The position numbers and the translations under genes were made by a program. 64,000 bases of DNA, from NCBI RefSeq assembly GCF_000150275.1, contig NW_002060966.1:467922-531921 (forward strand). The letters run 5' to 3'. Under the pieces are notes generated by a model. It made no database searches and was not told where the DNA came from. It was given only the letters and a program-made list of their open reading frames with translations. Position 1 is the first letter of the stretch. Every line of letters starts with the position of its first letter. This document shows positions 28,601 through 41,046 of the stretch, piece by piece. Source of the DNA: Trichoplax adhaerens. Lineage: Eukaryota > Animalia > Placozoa.

Positions 28601-31600
28601 CTGGCAAGAAAGGAAGTGCATATTCTAATTCCCAAGTTCGCTCATTCAGTGCTAAAAATAATTACCATGGACAAAATAACAATAATGGGGATCAAGCCGA
28701 ATTTCTAGTTAGTAGGCAATTAAATCAATCGAAATTAGAAGGTCAGTATAACTATTATAAAATGATAGTAGCATTTCCTACAAAATACAACAGCAATATA
28801 CTGATTGTAATGATCATGTTCTAGACACTAAGGATAAGCCCGTAATTAAAAAGAGCATCAGTGTCCAGAATGAGCATAGCGGAAAATCAGGTAATAATTC
28901 ATCTAAAGCTCAACAAGATGTTACTGGGCAAGAAAAGAATATTAATAATGACATCAATCGTTCGCGTAATATTTTGATAACTGACACAGATACACAAATA
29001 GTAGCATATAGGCCAGAATTACCACAAAAAATGCAAGTAATAGCATCATCTCCAGGTAAGTCTTTAGGTAATCAAGAGTGAGATACGTCGTAACTTAAAA
29101 TCATTGCCAATTTCATTTCAGTAATCTATCCATACATTTATCTCTATCGAAGTAGGAGATTCGGCTGTTTCAGCCCAAATAGTGTAATTTCTATAATTAA
29201 TCTAATTTATTTACGTACTTTTCTCTTTGTAGTGTTATGTTTTCATATCAGATTTACACGGACTATTTAGCAAAACTTATAAACTAATCTTATCACTTCT
29301 ATAGAATTGATTTAACTGTACAATCTGAAGATTTTAAGTATACGGTAGCTAATTATAACTATTGCTAAAATATCTCACATGTTAATATTTCATTAGATCA
29401 CGATGAGTATCCTGAGCTATCGGCTACATTCGAATTAGTACCTAATAAAGTCTTCTATTTCGAAAACAGTAAAATTTCTGGCCTACGAATTACATTTCCA
29501 GCTCAGGAAAGATCTAATAAAATCCGAACTCGCATGGTTATTCATTATGCTGATCCTCCATATTCCAATGAATTAAAGGATCAGTCGATCATTCAGTTAT
29601 CTTCAATCATTAAATTAGATAGCTATGATGCCAATCGTGGTTATAAACCTTCCATACTCTTACGATTACCAATTCCTTTGGCAACAAGAATTCTTGAAAT
29701 ATATAAAATTGACTCTGTGCAAGCATTACCGGTGAAGGTTTTATATCGTATTAGCGAGTATTTTCCTACGTGGGAAAAGCTAAATATAGACTACCAGTAT
29801 TGCTTTGAGAATCAAGGTGGTCACTGCATAACAATTCCAATCTATCGTACTGGATATTACGTTCTTGGATACCAATATCAATCAGATAGTTTCAATTCAA
29901 ACTCATATCATAGTCTATATTATGTCTTTCCAAGTCTACAACAAGAAGTTAACGTCTTAGCAGTTCTTTCTGCTATTCAATCACAGTCTGATCATGTTCA
30001 TTTAAAATTTTTTGTGATCCGTAAGGGAGAAAACTCACAAAGTATAATTGACAAAATAGCACCACCCTACCGGGAGACTTTATTACAACATACTGGACTT
30101 GAGTATGCCATTCTAAGCAATGGCAGATATAAAATGAATTTCTTACCAAAAGATATTACCTGCGAAGATAGATTTCAAGATAAAAACATAACCGTAAATT
30201 GGAGCCTTCGCCATTATATTTGTATCGATATTCAATGTCAGGTTATTAATCGTGACAAATTGAATAATTTGTGTGTAATAAAGTTAGAAAGATTGGATGA
30301 GAGTCATGACATTCTGGAATGTTATCAACTATGGTTAGTAAAATGAAGGCTTTCCTGTAATCTTAAAGATACATTTACACAGATTTTACTTGTCGCAAAT
30401 CTTGAGCTGATTCCAATCTTCCCTCAATGCAATTTTAATGAGCTCTGCCACCTTTCTTTTTCAGCCTAAGCTTTCAGATCATCGCTCTAAAAAGTTGTCT
30501 AGAACTAGACGAAAACGACTACAACAGTCAATACTAGTACAAAGTAAGTACCAGTACCTTAATTAGTAATTATTGGATAGGTAATCTGTATCAGGTAGTG
30601 CAATAGCCGAAAAAGGCGTGGTATGTTGATGCTATAAGTCATATATAGTCATATTCTAGTAGAATTAAGAGTAAATTAAACTGTCAGTTGAATACGATGA
30701 CTGACTACCGTACTCTTTCTTGATTTCAGATTTCTTAGATAATTCAGTAAAGCTTATCAAAACTGTAAAATTTATTGTAAACTGCTGCATTAATCGAAAT
30801 ACAAAGATATCTTAATATCTTCGGTGAAGATATTAAACTACTGCTTTATTTATTTTGCTACTTGTAGAAATCGCTGAAAATTTAACAGACACTTCTGAAG
30901 ATGAATTTGGTGAGTGTATCATTTTAAGTCAGATCTTAAATCTAAAGCTACGTAATTTAAATCCTATTGAAACATCGCTTCTGAAATATCAATTATACTG
31001 GTGACCTGACACTACTCTTAAAAATTTATGATAAAACACTTCTCAAGATTAAATCATTGTTTATATTAGCGATAATTATTCTATCCTTAATAGCTAAATA
31101 CTCGAATATAATATGTTAGAGAAACTCATGATATCCGTGATATAATAAGGGGAAAAATAGAATAATTATAGTAGCGACTTGACACCGCTCTTCAAAATTT
31201 ACTAAATAATTCTCAATATTAAATTACTGTTTATTTATAGCGTTAAATTTTCTAACATTAAAATAATTGTTCGAATACATAATTTTTAAAAAGATATCGT
31301 ATCATAGCAAGGGAAAATTGAAGCTACTATAGTAGCGAATTAGCGTCACTCTTCCAGACTTGCTTTAATAGTTCTAACGATTAAATTATCTTTACAGATG
31401 AAGATAATTATTTCTATCTTCGATAAAACATTCTCAAATGCACAATTTAAAAGAAGCATTATATTAAAATAAGTGCCTATAAGGACTATATTGCAAAACA
31501 TGTGGTACAAGATTTATCATACATTAAAAGACATTCTATTGCGTCTACCAGATCACTTTTACTTTAGGACAAGTGACAATAAATACAATCGATATTAAGA

Positions 31601-32134
31601 TAAAATTTTTATTCTAGCAGTAAATTAAAAGCAGACTTGGATATTAGCCAGATCTTTTAAACTGACTCCTGATTTAGCTGTAATATAATAAACCATATCA
31701 TGGTTATAATTTATCCATGTTAATTTGAAGTTAAAAATTTATTGGCTTCGAATTCAATTCATATCGAAAATGTAATTGTATATAATGTCTATTTTTCTCT
31801 GCTCTTAATAGCTCATAGGAAATTAGAAATGAGCTTGGACATCATTCGAGTCATAAATAAGCATTTGAAAATTATTTTGGAATCCATTCCATTGCTTGAA
31901 TTAATATATGATCTAAGAATAGATCGTGTACTTAGCGATGATAATGTCGTCTATTTGAAAGAAATTCGAGGCCAGAAAGAGAGAAATTATGCCTTTATTT
32001 TACTTTTGCAGCAACGGCAAGATCGCGATTTTTACAAATTTTGCAAATTATTGCAAGAACATCAGGTTAAATCCCTTAATAAACTAGGCATGCTATTAGA
32101 AGCAGAAGCCCGAAACAGAGACACTATCGATTAA
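25651..32134 (+). CDS. Large protein: disordered S/N/K/Q-rich N-terminus + ZU5-like/UPA-like module + C-terminal CARD
   Basis: Phase-compatible exons 25651-25767, 25928-28741, 28825-29055, 29397-30337, 30465-30543, 30868-30909 and 31812-32134. A possible first coding exon 25395-25419 (MGRCSCLQ) would give ~1523 aa. Exon 29397-30337 has ZU5-like motifs (GLRITFPA, LSSIIKLD, ILLRLPIP, VKVLY...TWEKL). The last exon has a CARD-like pattern (IINKHLKIILESI...LIYDL...VLSDDNV..LKE...ERNYAFILLLQQR..RDFYKFCKLLQE). Confidence 0.72.
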
Positions 32135-33857
32135 ACCCTCTCAAACTGTACAAATGGAATGCTTTAACAAAAAAATATAATCAGCTGCCTTTGTAAGTAA
32201 AAGCGTATTGCTCAATTCAAAAAATTGTAATAATTTTAAAGTAAATGATCCTTCCTGGTGCAACAGTATCTGTTGGAGTTCTATGATATCATAAACTTTA
32301 ACAAATTGATTTTATGCTACAATTACTCATCCAAAGAATGATACTGCGATATAATAACATTTAACCGTTTTATAAGAATTCGCTGATTTAAATAGAGGAT
32401 AAAAAGGGCAACGTTGTGTAACTACAAATCAAAACGTGAATTGTATTTTTATAGCAAATCACTATATCTATGTGCATGTTGATAGCGACTATCGGTTGCT
32501 GATATCAGAAATGGCTTAATGTAAGTAAATTGTATTTAATTGTGTTATGTTAGCACTTTATTATTAATTAATAGGCATATAAATATTAGCCAAGTGCCAA
32601 GATTGATAAATTATACTTAACTATTTTTGTAAAGATATACGAAATGATAGCTTGCTTTTATGCTCTGTGAATCTTCAATTAAGATTTAGAAAAGATTCTT
32701 CCCCATGGTATATAATTTGCAACCAACAACAATTTCAAATTTCTATTAAAATTAAAATCATTTACTGCAGAATGATATAAAATAACTTAGTTTGAGCAGG
32801 TAAAGATCGAACAGGAAGTAGTTGATAAGTACTAATTTCGAATCGGATTAAATGTCTGCATCTTAGCTTAGTTAATATTTATTTCAATTTTTGTTATAGT
32901 TTAAATACAGAAAATTGCAGACACTCTTTTAGAAGCATACTTCGATATCTGGCCAAAAGTTTACGATAAATTAACTAGGAAAATATTGGATCAAAACATA
33001 TTTTCTAGTATTTCTAGCTTAAAGCTCAAGAAGCGATAATTTAATCCATAGAGTCTATAGCTCACAATCTAATCAAATTAAACCTTTGAGGTATGGAATA
33101 TTTGCACGATTGCATATTTCCTGTTCCTTTACAAATGCAAAAGCAAATCAATAGATTAGTCATGGCAGAATCCACATTTCTGCATCATGCAGCCTTTATG
33201 TACAGTTTTCCTGTAGACTACTATAAAAAGTGATAGCAGTACTTACTGCGCGATGATTATTAGTTATCGTCGGTAGTATGAGTAAAGAAAGATATTGAAA
33301 GTTAGCTTATAGTGCAATCTGACAGTAAAGGAAATATGAATGTTATTATCCACTGAAAGATTTGCTTGAACAGCAGCTGTAAGATAAGCGATCACTTGAT
33401 AGGAGAATACTGTAAGCATATATGCATTTATTGCATGTATGATTGACAAACGTAATTAAACAAGCAAATTATGCGCGAATATTAGCCTAACTGGATGACA
33501 AAGTAAAGGAAATATTCTATTAAAATAAAAAATTTTACCATTCATCTCTAGTTAGTGGATAATGATCTATTCAGCTCAAAAAGGTGAGTGATCGAAGATA
33601 AGACTTAATACGCCAGGATTAAGCTGCTTATCATTCATTCTAACTAATCCTGCTTCCAGTCAACGCTATACTATACAGAAAAGTAAATTCAGTTTATCGA
33701 TAACATTCTGTTCACATTCAAAGAATACTATTGTCAATTAATCAAGTCGCAAAATATACAAATATGCAAATATAGTCTAAGTCAGTGAGAGTTATTATTA
33801 ATGTATGGTAAAGCAAAATAGTGTATCAATTGCTTAATCCCATGCAACCCACCCACA

Positions 33858-33907
33858 NNNNNNNNNNNNNNNNNNNNNNNNNNNNNNNNNNNNNNNNNNN
33901 NNNNNNN
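33858..33907. other. Assembly gap (50 N)
   Basis: Run of 50 n characters. Confidence 1.
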
Positions 33908-35964
33908 TTTTTGATTGCTATATATCATATTACAAAAAGTATTTCTAAGAGGATAATGTTCGTTAGTCAGCGATCTGATAGTTACTGAACCTCTGTTAAA
34001 TGAGCACATTATCGTAAACCGTCAGTAAAGCGACGGGGAGTTTGCACTAGTCTTTTTTAACTGCATACCAGAAAGGAAGCTGTTGTGGCCTGAAATTAAT
34101 TTTAATTTAATGACATTTCAAGTAGACTATAAGAGGGTATGAAACAGATCTAAGCTTTTGGGAGGGATAGTATCAGTTGACTAAATATGAGTTAATTGAG
34201 AAAAAATTTAGCTTTGCTGAAGTTCAGCTAAAGAATCCAAGTGTTGCATTGTAGAATTTGCAGAATGACATAAATAGCCTTACTTACAATATATCGGCTA
34301 TATATTAGCTACTCAAGTCTACGCAAATATAGACCAAGTATTGAAGAGTTTTCATTAAGGTGCGTCAAAGCAAGATTTCGTACTAAAAACCTAACCTTTT
34401 CCAACTGCATACAGAAAAGGAGGCTGTTGTAGATTTGCATTGATTTTCACCTACTGTTTACTTTTAGTCACCTGGCATTATCAAATATCAATCGAAGACT
34501 TTAATTCATTTAACCGAACAACCGAGATCTTATAGAAGACAAGATTATCTCGTTAAAGCCATGGGATTGCATTATCATAACAATTAATTGAAGTAGTCAT
34601 GACTATATGAGCAAGTATCGTACGTTGATGATAAGTATAAGGAAAAAGCTTTTCTGTTATGTCCATGGACGATACTTAATATTTGTATAGACCTAATGTG
34701 ATTGCTTCATGGCTAATTATAATTATGAGACGAAGGAAAGGAATTGTGGTCATTAAGGTTCACTGTTAGAAAGGAAATCAATTGTGATTCAAAATGACGA
34801 TAATCAATAGCTGCTAATGCTGACAAGCCGCTTCATTCCAATTTTTTCAAACAACATCTGAACTCTACTTGTGCAGTTGCGAGTATCTAGTCGATAAACT
34901 TGAGTCCAGTTTTTCCGACTTGAACTCAGTAACAAATTTGAAGGTGAGTAAATAATAATTAATTTCATTACAGATTGAATCAAGGTCGATTCTTCTTTAC
35001 TGAACTCATCAACTAAGCATGGCAGTTATTGGCTATATGCAAGAGCTTTATGATCAATATAGAAAATGCACTATTACGTCAATGACTAAAATTTTAACTC
35101 AGTAATTGACTAAATTTTCTAATCGTATATACCATACGGTATGTCTGTCATCAAGTTCGAATTAGTAAGTTACGTCTGAGTGACATGCATTAAATTCAAT
35201 CTAATATGCTAGAAATTGGGTAAGTTAGTGGTTGTTTGAGCATTCTTTACCCTGTAGTCTATAATTTTAAAAGTGAATTTTTTGGTCTTCCATTATTAGT
35301 ATTCATACTTCATATTTTACTTAATTGCCTGCACTGCAATCACACTAATACTCATAATTATGTTCAGAAGCAGTAATGTGTTAATTTTTATGATTAATAA
35401 AGTATCAGGAAGAACTGATCAATTCTTATCAGAAGAATTATAATTTGCACGATAGGTAGAAGATGTAAAGTTTCACCTTAGCTTAACAATTAGATTATTC
35501 TAACAACTTTGAAATATTTCCAATTTCTACCGTATCATATCTTCAACAGTTACTTTATTAGCAAGGTGAATATTTACCGTTATGGTAACTTGCAGTGTTT
35601 TCTACAATTACCAACTATAAGTCGTTAATGACAAATAATAAAGTTGTCAAATTAGGCAGCTAGCCGTCAGCCTTATATTCACCTTCTGTTCTGTCTCATG
35701 GAAGGTTGTCGAGTGGCATATTCTATTTCCTTCACAGTCATCCATCCTAGATTAATTCTTTATAGCTAACGACAACAGGCTAATCAAGCTATTTCAGTGG
35801 AAGTTATAATACATACCTTGACACATTTAACTAAGTGAGATTTTATTAGATATGTAAGAGATATTTTATTACACGCAAAACTTGACTTTATTTTACTTTG
35901 TTTTGCTAACTTTAAATCTTATTGCACTATTTCTTCAAAGACTTCAATACTCCAGTAATTGCAA

Positions 35965-38295
35965 ATGGATATAATTGGTAAGTAAAATTAAATTACACTA
36001 AAATGAATCAGTAAATTTCCATCATAATAAGCGATAGTTGAGTAAAAAATTTATAAATTAAAATAAATTAAACCTGCTATCATAAATCTTATATGGTCTA
36101 TACTATGTAATCATTACTGGTGTAGATGTGTTTATTAGTTTTAACAGCACAAAGTATGATCAAGCAGAGTGTATAAAAGAGATTTTAGAAAATAGATTTC
36201 CAAACTTAAAAATAAGAATGCACGAAAATCAAGTGCTTTCCGGAGATAATTTGACCCTAGAAAAGGATTATAACATCTGTTCCGCCAAGGTACTTTTAAC
36301 AATGATTGATTAGAAAACTTGCATTAATGATAAAGGTCTGTTAAGATTTCCAATTAACCCTAAAAAGATAACCAAACAGAAGAAAACATAGGTTGATCAG
36401 GCTATCTTTTATCATTCTTATCCATATTTCTATAGCAGTGATATTGAATAACGAATAATGGTTCGAGGTATCGGTGATTCATAAGACTATTTTCTATACT
36501 TGATGCTTGTAGATATTCATATGTTGTTTAAGTCAAGATTATGCAGACTCAGTATGCTGCTGTAAGGAACTGGAGCGGGCATTTGAACTGGCTAAGCCGA
36601 TTATACCAGTTTTATTGGAAAATTTCGATATCGAAAACGGACTAACCAATAATCTGACAAGGCAAAACTTATTCCCATATATCTGTGGCAGAAGATCTTT
36701 CAACCTAATTTATAATCAAGGTTTCAATAGCTATTCCCTATCTGAAAATATGCTGCATCTTCTAGATTCATTAAAATCATGGGTAAGAATTACGTAATTT
36801 ACTAGCCCAATATCAGGTTAAAAGTTTTTGAAAATTAATTTAGGATATATATCATATAAATAATAATAGAAATGGATATACCATGATTTATGATATATTC
36901 AATATGAGTTTATTCATATAATATTCAATGTCGTGAGTTTATTCGCATTGCCTAGAAGAAATGTTTAAGAAGGCCAAGTTTATAATCTAGGTTGTAGGAA
37001 GTAATGACAGAATTTCAGCCATGAACCAACATTCAAGCGCTTCTATTCACGACTCGGGCAATGGTAAATATTGTTTGTGTAAATGAATGAAAAGATATTT
37101 TTCCAAAGTAAAAATATTTCAATTTATTGTAGGATTAATAAGCGTAGGAATGAGCTTATAGTTTGTGCGATCTGGAATGATACAAAAATTTAACTAAATT
37201 ATTTGATGGATAACTTTTGTTATTAGTAAATCACATCCAATAAAGTGATTGACGCCTATGTTATGATCGATGATATGAATACGTAAAAATATAATTATTT
37301 CAGCTTTTCATGAGCAAAGTAAATCTTCTAGGATTATTACTAAAAGCAAATACCGTAGATATAATTGTAAACAATTTCATTAAATTGATACAGTTTCACG
37401 AGAGATCACAGCATTCTAGCATAAACATACTTTTGGCTCTTAGTATATCAACAATGACATTTATATATTTATGTTTTTGCTGTTTAAATATAATGAACTC
37501 AAATGCGTCATCTCAAATACAAGCTTAGCAACATTTGTTTATTTTCTAATTTCACTTGATCAGACAGTCTGATAGTTTCTTATATATTATTTATCCTCAG
37601 CTAAAATAGAAAATTTTAGCTACGGTTTCTGACCAGCAAAATAAGTGCTTATAAAAAATATTTTTGAAATTGTTGTGATTTATCAAATTTATGAGCTTTA
37701 GCTAGTAACTTATTACTAGGTGCGATTTCATAATTTTAATATCATTTGTATTAGCTGCAACAGTGGAAGTACAGCAAAGCTGTGAGATGGATCCAAGGGC
37801 TGATCAAGGTTTGACGAACATACTTTTCTGCAATGACTACGCTGCATGCAGATTAGGCGTAATGTTTTTATATTAATCGCAAATAAGCTAATGAAAATCT
37901 AGATAAGATATAAACTGTTAAAGCAATTATATACCATGACAACGTATAATAATGTTCGTTATAAAATAGTAGAATTACATCAGTTCATCAAAATAATGCA
38001 GAATTATGCAAGCGATAGAATTTCATGATTTAGGTGGATTGGATACTTTTTAATAAATGCGTTTGTCATATATGCTAATGCTATGTGGCGAGGGTTATTT
38101 GAAGTTATTTTTAGCTAAAACCAGTTTAATTATAGTACAATCCTTTTCAAGGCGTCTTTAAATAAAATTCGTTTAATATCATTGATATTCATATAATTTC
38201 AAAAATTCATTTTTATGTATTTAGCCGCCAATCCGGTCTCCAAGTTATGGTCCAGCCTACTAGACAAAATTAGTCAATTTTTGCCGGGATATTAG
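35965..38295 (+). CDS. TIR-only protein (TIR_2-type), ~214 aa
   Basis: Exons 35965-35977, 36126-36289, 36513-36782, 36991-37063, 37755-37808 and 38225-38295 splice in frame: MDIIDVFISFNS...IFICCLSQDYADSVCCCKELERAFELAKPIIPVLLE... The DVFIS, S..Y..S..C..EL and IIPV motifs are TIR hallmarks. Likely non-coding 5' exon ending ~34943 (AAG|GTGAGT). The last three exons are less certain. Confidence 0.85.
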
Positions 38296-39996
38296 GTTGA
38301 ACCTAACTCAAGAAAATCGGCCTTGCAATATGTATCAAACTTTAGCAACAGCTTAGCTTGTAATACTTGATTTTAATCACTGGTCACTTGATGCTTATTA
38401 ATTCACAATTAGCAGTACTTGCCAGTACACTAAAAAACTATTATTACAATTTGTTACCCTGCTTTAGTCGCAATTTGATAAAATATCGCAAACAAGATCT
38501 GATAGTTTTATCTATCATATTTACAGTAATGATCATATATTCACCTTCAATGACTAGAAGATTATGTACAACGCATCCATTTTGATCATATTCTATACAA
38601 TAAAATGGAAATTCCCAATAGTTTTATTCTTCAAAAATTAAAGCTATTCAAGTATTTTACCGATTGTAACAACTATGCTGATACCCTTTTGACTATTGAA
38701 GATTTAATTTATTTCTATGTGAACATCTTTCATAAAGTACCAGTATCAACGAAATAAATCACCCTAAGCAAGATGTTTTAATAAATATGGATCAATAGTT
38801 TACATACATATATTTCTAAACTTGTTGATGATAGATAGAAGCGAGTAAAAATTGCTATAAAATCTAGACAAACTATTAGGATAATCATCAAGCATAAGTA
38901 ATGAGTTATTCTATGCAATAAAACGCTAATCGAACAGTCAAAAGCTTCAAATATTATTTTAAGAAACTTTAAGTGTAACTATATTTGGGCTGTGTAGTAA
39001 AATTGCACGAAATAGAAGTAAAAGAAATCCAATCCCATTACCAGCAGAATTATAGAGGTATTATCTTGAAGCGAAGTTGGTATAACGATGTCATGCTGCG
39101 GTAGTGTTTGAAATGTTCAATTTGATTAGATAAAAGTACGAAAATGTTAATTCCGAAAATGTGATTGTAAATAAATACAAGACCCTCATTGAAAAACTAT
39201 AATATCATTGCTAGTAAATTTTCCATCTAAATGAATGGTAATTAACTAATGCACTAAAATGATGGTATACTCTTAATGCAAGAAAATTGAATTACCTTGG
39301 TGGTACTGATATGGTTACATAGCGTTATATTTCTACAACAGCTTTGATTCGCGATTTTAGCTGTCTAAAAATTGATATATCGCGCGTTAAATTATTCATT
39401 GTTGCCATGCTACTACGCTTATGGCTAATGATGAGAAAATTTTATACTTTCTAAATTAGCTGTTGCCATGCTGCATACAATAAACGGCATCCATTAAACA
39501 TTATAGTTTATGTGCAACACATGCATATATGCACACTTCTTAGCGTAGGGTAGCAGCAAGTATCACTTGTAATGCCATTAAGATGTTATGTAACAAGCTA
39601 GTAACTACCGTAGAACAAATCCTATCACTGCTGCACTAATAGTCTAACTGACTATGACCTGAAACTGTTAATTAAAAATGTTTAAATAGTTTAGTGCTAA
39701 TACTTTTCAAAGTTACCTCTTTTTGCGAAATACTGGTGGTGAATATAATACACATTAGTGCATAGTAGTGATTATAGTATTTATCACCAAGAAACAATTT
39801 AGAGTGCAGCTTCCCTCAACGAGGTCTTAAATTTCAACTATATCTTTATATAAAATACACTAATCTAATGATTTTTAATTTTACGCAAATTTTATTTTCA
39901 TTCTAAGTTTTGCGCAAGTTTTGACTACGCCGTTATTATTTCATTATAAGAATCGTATTGAATCTTTGATTTGAAATTTTTCATTTTCTAAATAAG

Positions 39997-41046
39997 ATTC
40001 GAATGAGGGCAGACCCTAACTCAGGATACGCTTCGTACTTAAAGTGTACACAGGTAAGGTATCCTGTAGTGTAGAAACAGGCCTTGGTTCGAGAGTCGTG
40101 AAGGATTTAACTCGGGACTTGAAGGAGAGAAATTTTCATTTTTACATGGATAACTTCTTCACGAGTACCGAGTTATTTCTGGAGCGACCATCTAAGGGGG
40201 TATATTGCTGCGGAACTGCCAGGCAAAACCGTAAAGGTTGGCCTCGAGAATTGCGTGGTAATAGAATCGTGAAGAAGCGAGGTGATAGTAAAAGTTTACA
40301 GTGCGGTACACTAGCAGCCTCAATTTGGTATGATAATAAACAAGTTCGTTCCTTGTTTATTACATGCACGAATCCATAAGCGTCAACGATAAAACTTAAA
40401 CGCAAATCTGGTGATTCAATTGAGGTCGCTAGTCCATCAGTTGTACCTCATTATGTAAAGTTTATGGGAGGTGTGGGATAGGACTGATCAACTCAGAGCT
40501 GCCTATCCTACCAGGAGAAAGTCCAGAAAGTGATGGAAGTACCTTTTCTGGTTTTTATTAGATCAATCGATTGTAAATACATTCGTCTGCTTGTTGCAAT
40601 CTGCTGATCACTGAAGGACAACGAGATCAGGGAAACACCGAAGGCGAGGACCGAAGCAGTTTCGAACGAAACTAGTGAAGCTACTAATTTCGACTTTCCT
40701 AGGGAGTCGAAAGCGTCTTTTTGATTCAAATAGGTTTGAAGACAATGATATACACTTGGTAGTGCCATCGAAGAAACCTCGTAGATGTCATTGCGGCGCG
40801 AAGAAGTTCAAATAAAGAAAGCAAACAAAATTGGAATGCGACTCGTGCAAGGTAAACTAGGATGAACTCTTCAACGTAACATAACATATATATAAGCGAT
40901 TAATAAATCGTCATCTATTTATCTCTTCATCAAATTAGATTGGCTTGTGTGCTGAATGCTTCAAGCCATACCATGAAGAACTGAAGAGGATGCGAATGAC
41001 TTTAGCTAAAGGCTGTAGCCACTGGGATAGTACTAGTTTAATTTAA
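39997..41046 (+). mobile_element. piggyBac (PGBD-like) transposase pseudogene, C-terminal half, with an intron
   Basis: IRMRADPNSGY.../VYTGK...GLGSRVVKDL...YMDNFFTS...CGTARQNRKG...WYDNKQV...MGGV(D)RTDQ...WKYLFWFLLD...C-terminal CDSCK|IGLCAECFKPYH. Contains frameshifts and stops, and is more GC-rich than its flanks. Confidence 0.9.

Noticed and set aside
34059-34432. Repeated ~30-mer aactgcatac.agaaa.g.a.gctgttgt at ~34059 and ~34403
   Set aside because: Only two diverged copies beside an assembly gap; not a CRISPR-like array, and no function can be inferred.
36354-36365. TTAACCCT as a piggyBac left end
   Set aside because: It lies in a TIR gene intron and does not extend as an inverted repeat of the candidate right end at ~42460.
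37310-38585. Hydrophobic short ORFs 37310-37528 and 38367-38585 as membrane peptides
   Set aside because: AT-rich intron or 3' flank of the TIR gene; the hydrophobicity is expected from base composition.
40142-40768. Minus-strand ORFs 40142-40405 and 40508-40768
   Set aside because: Antisense shadows of the piggyBac transposase relic.
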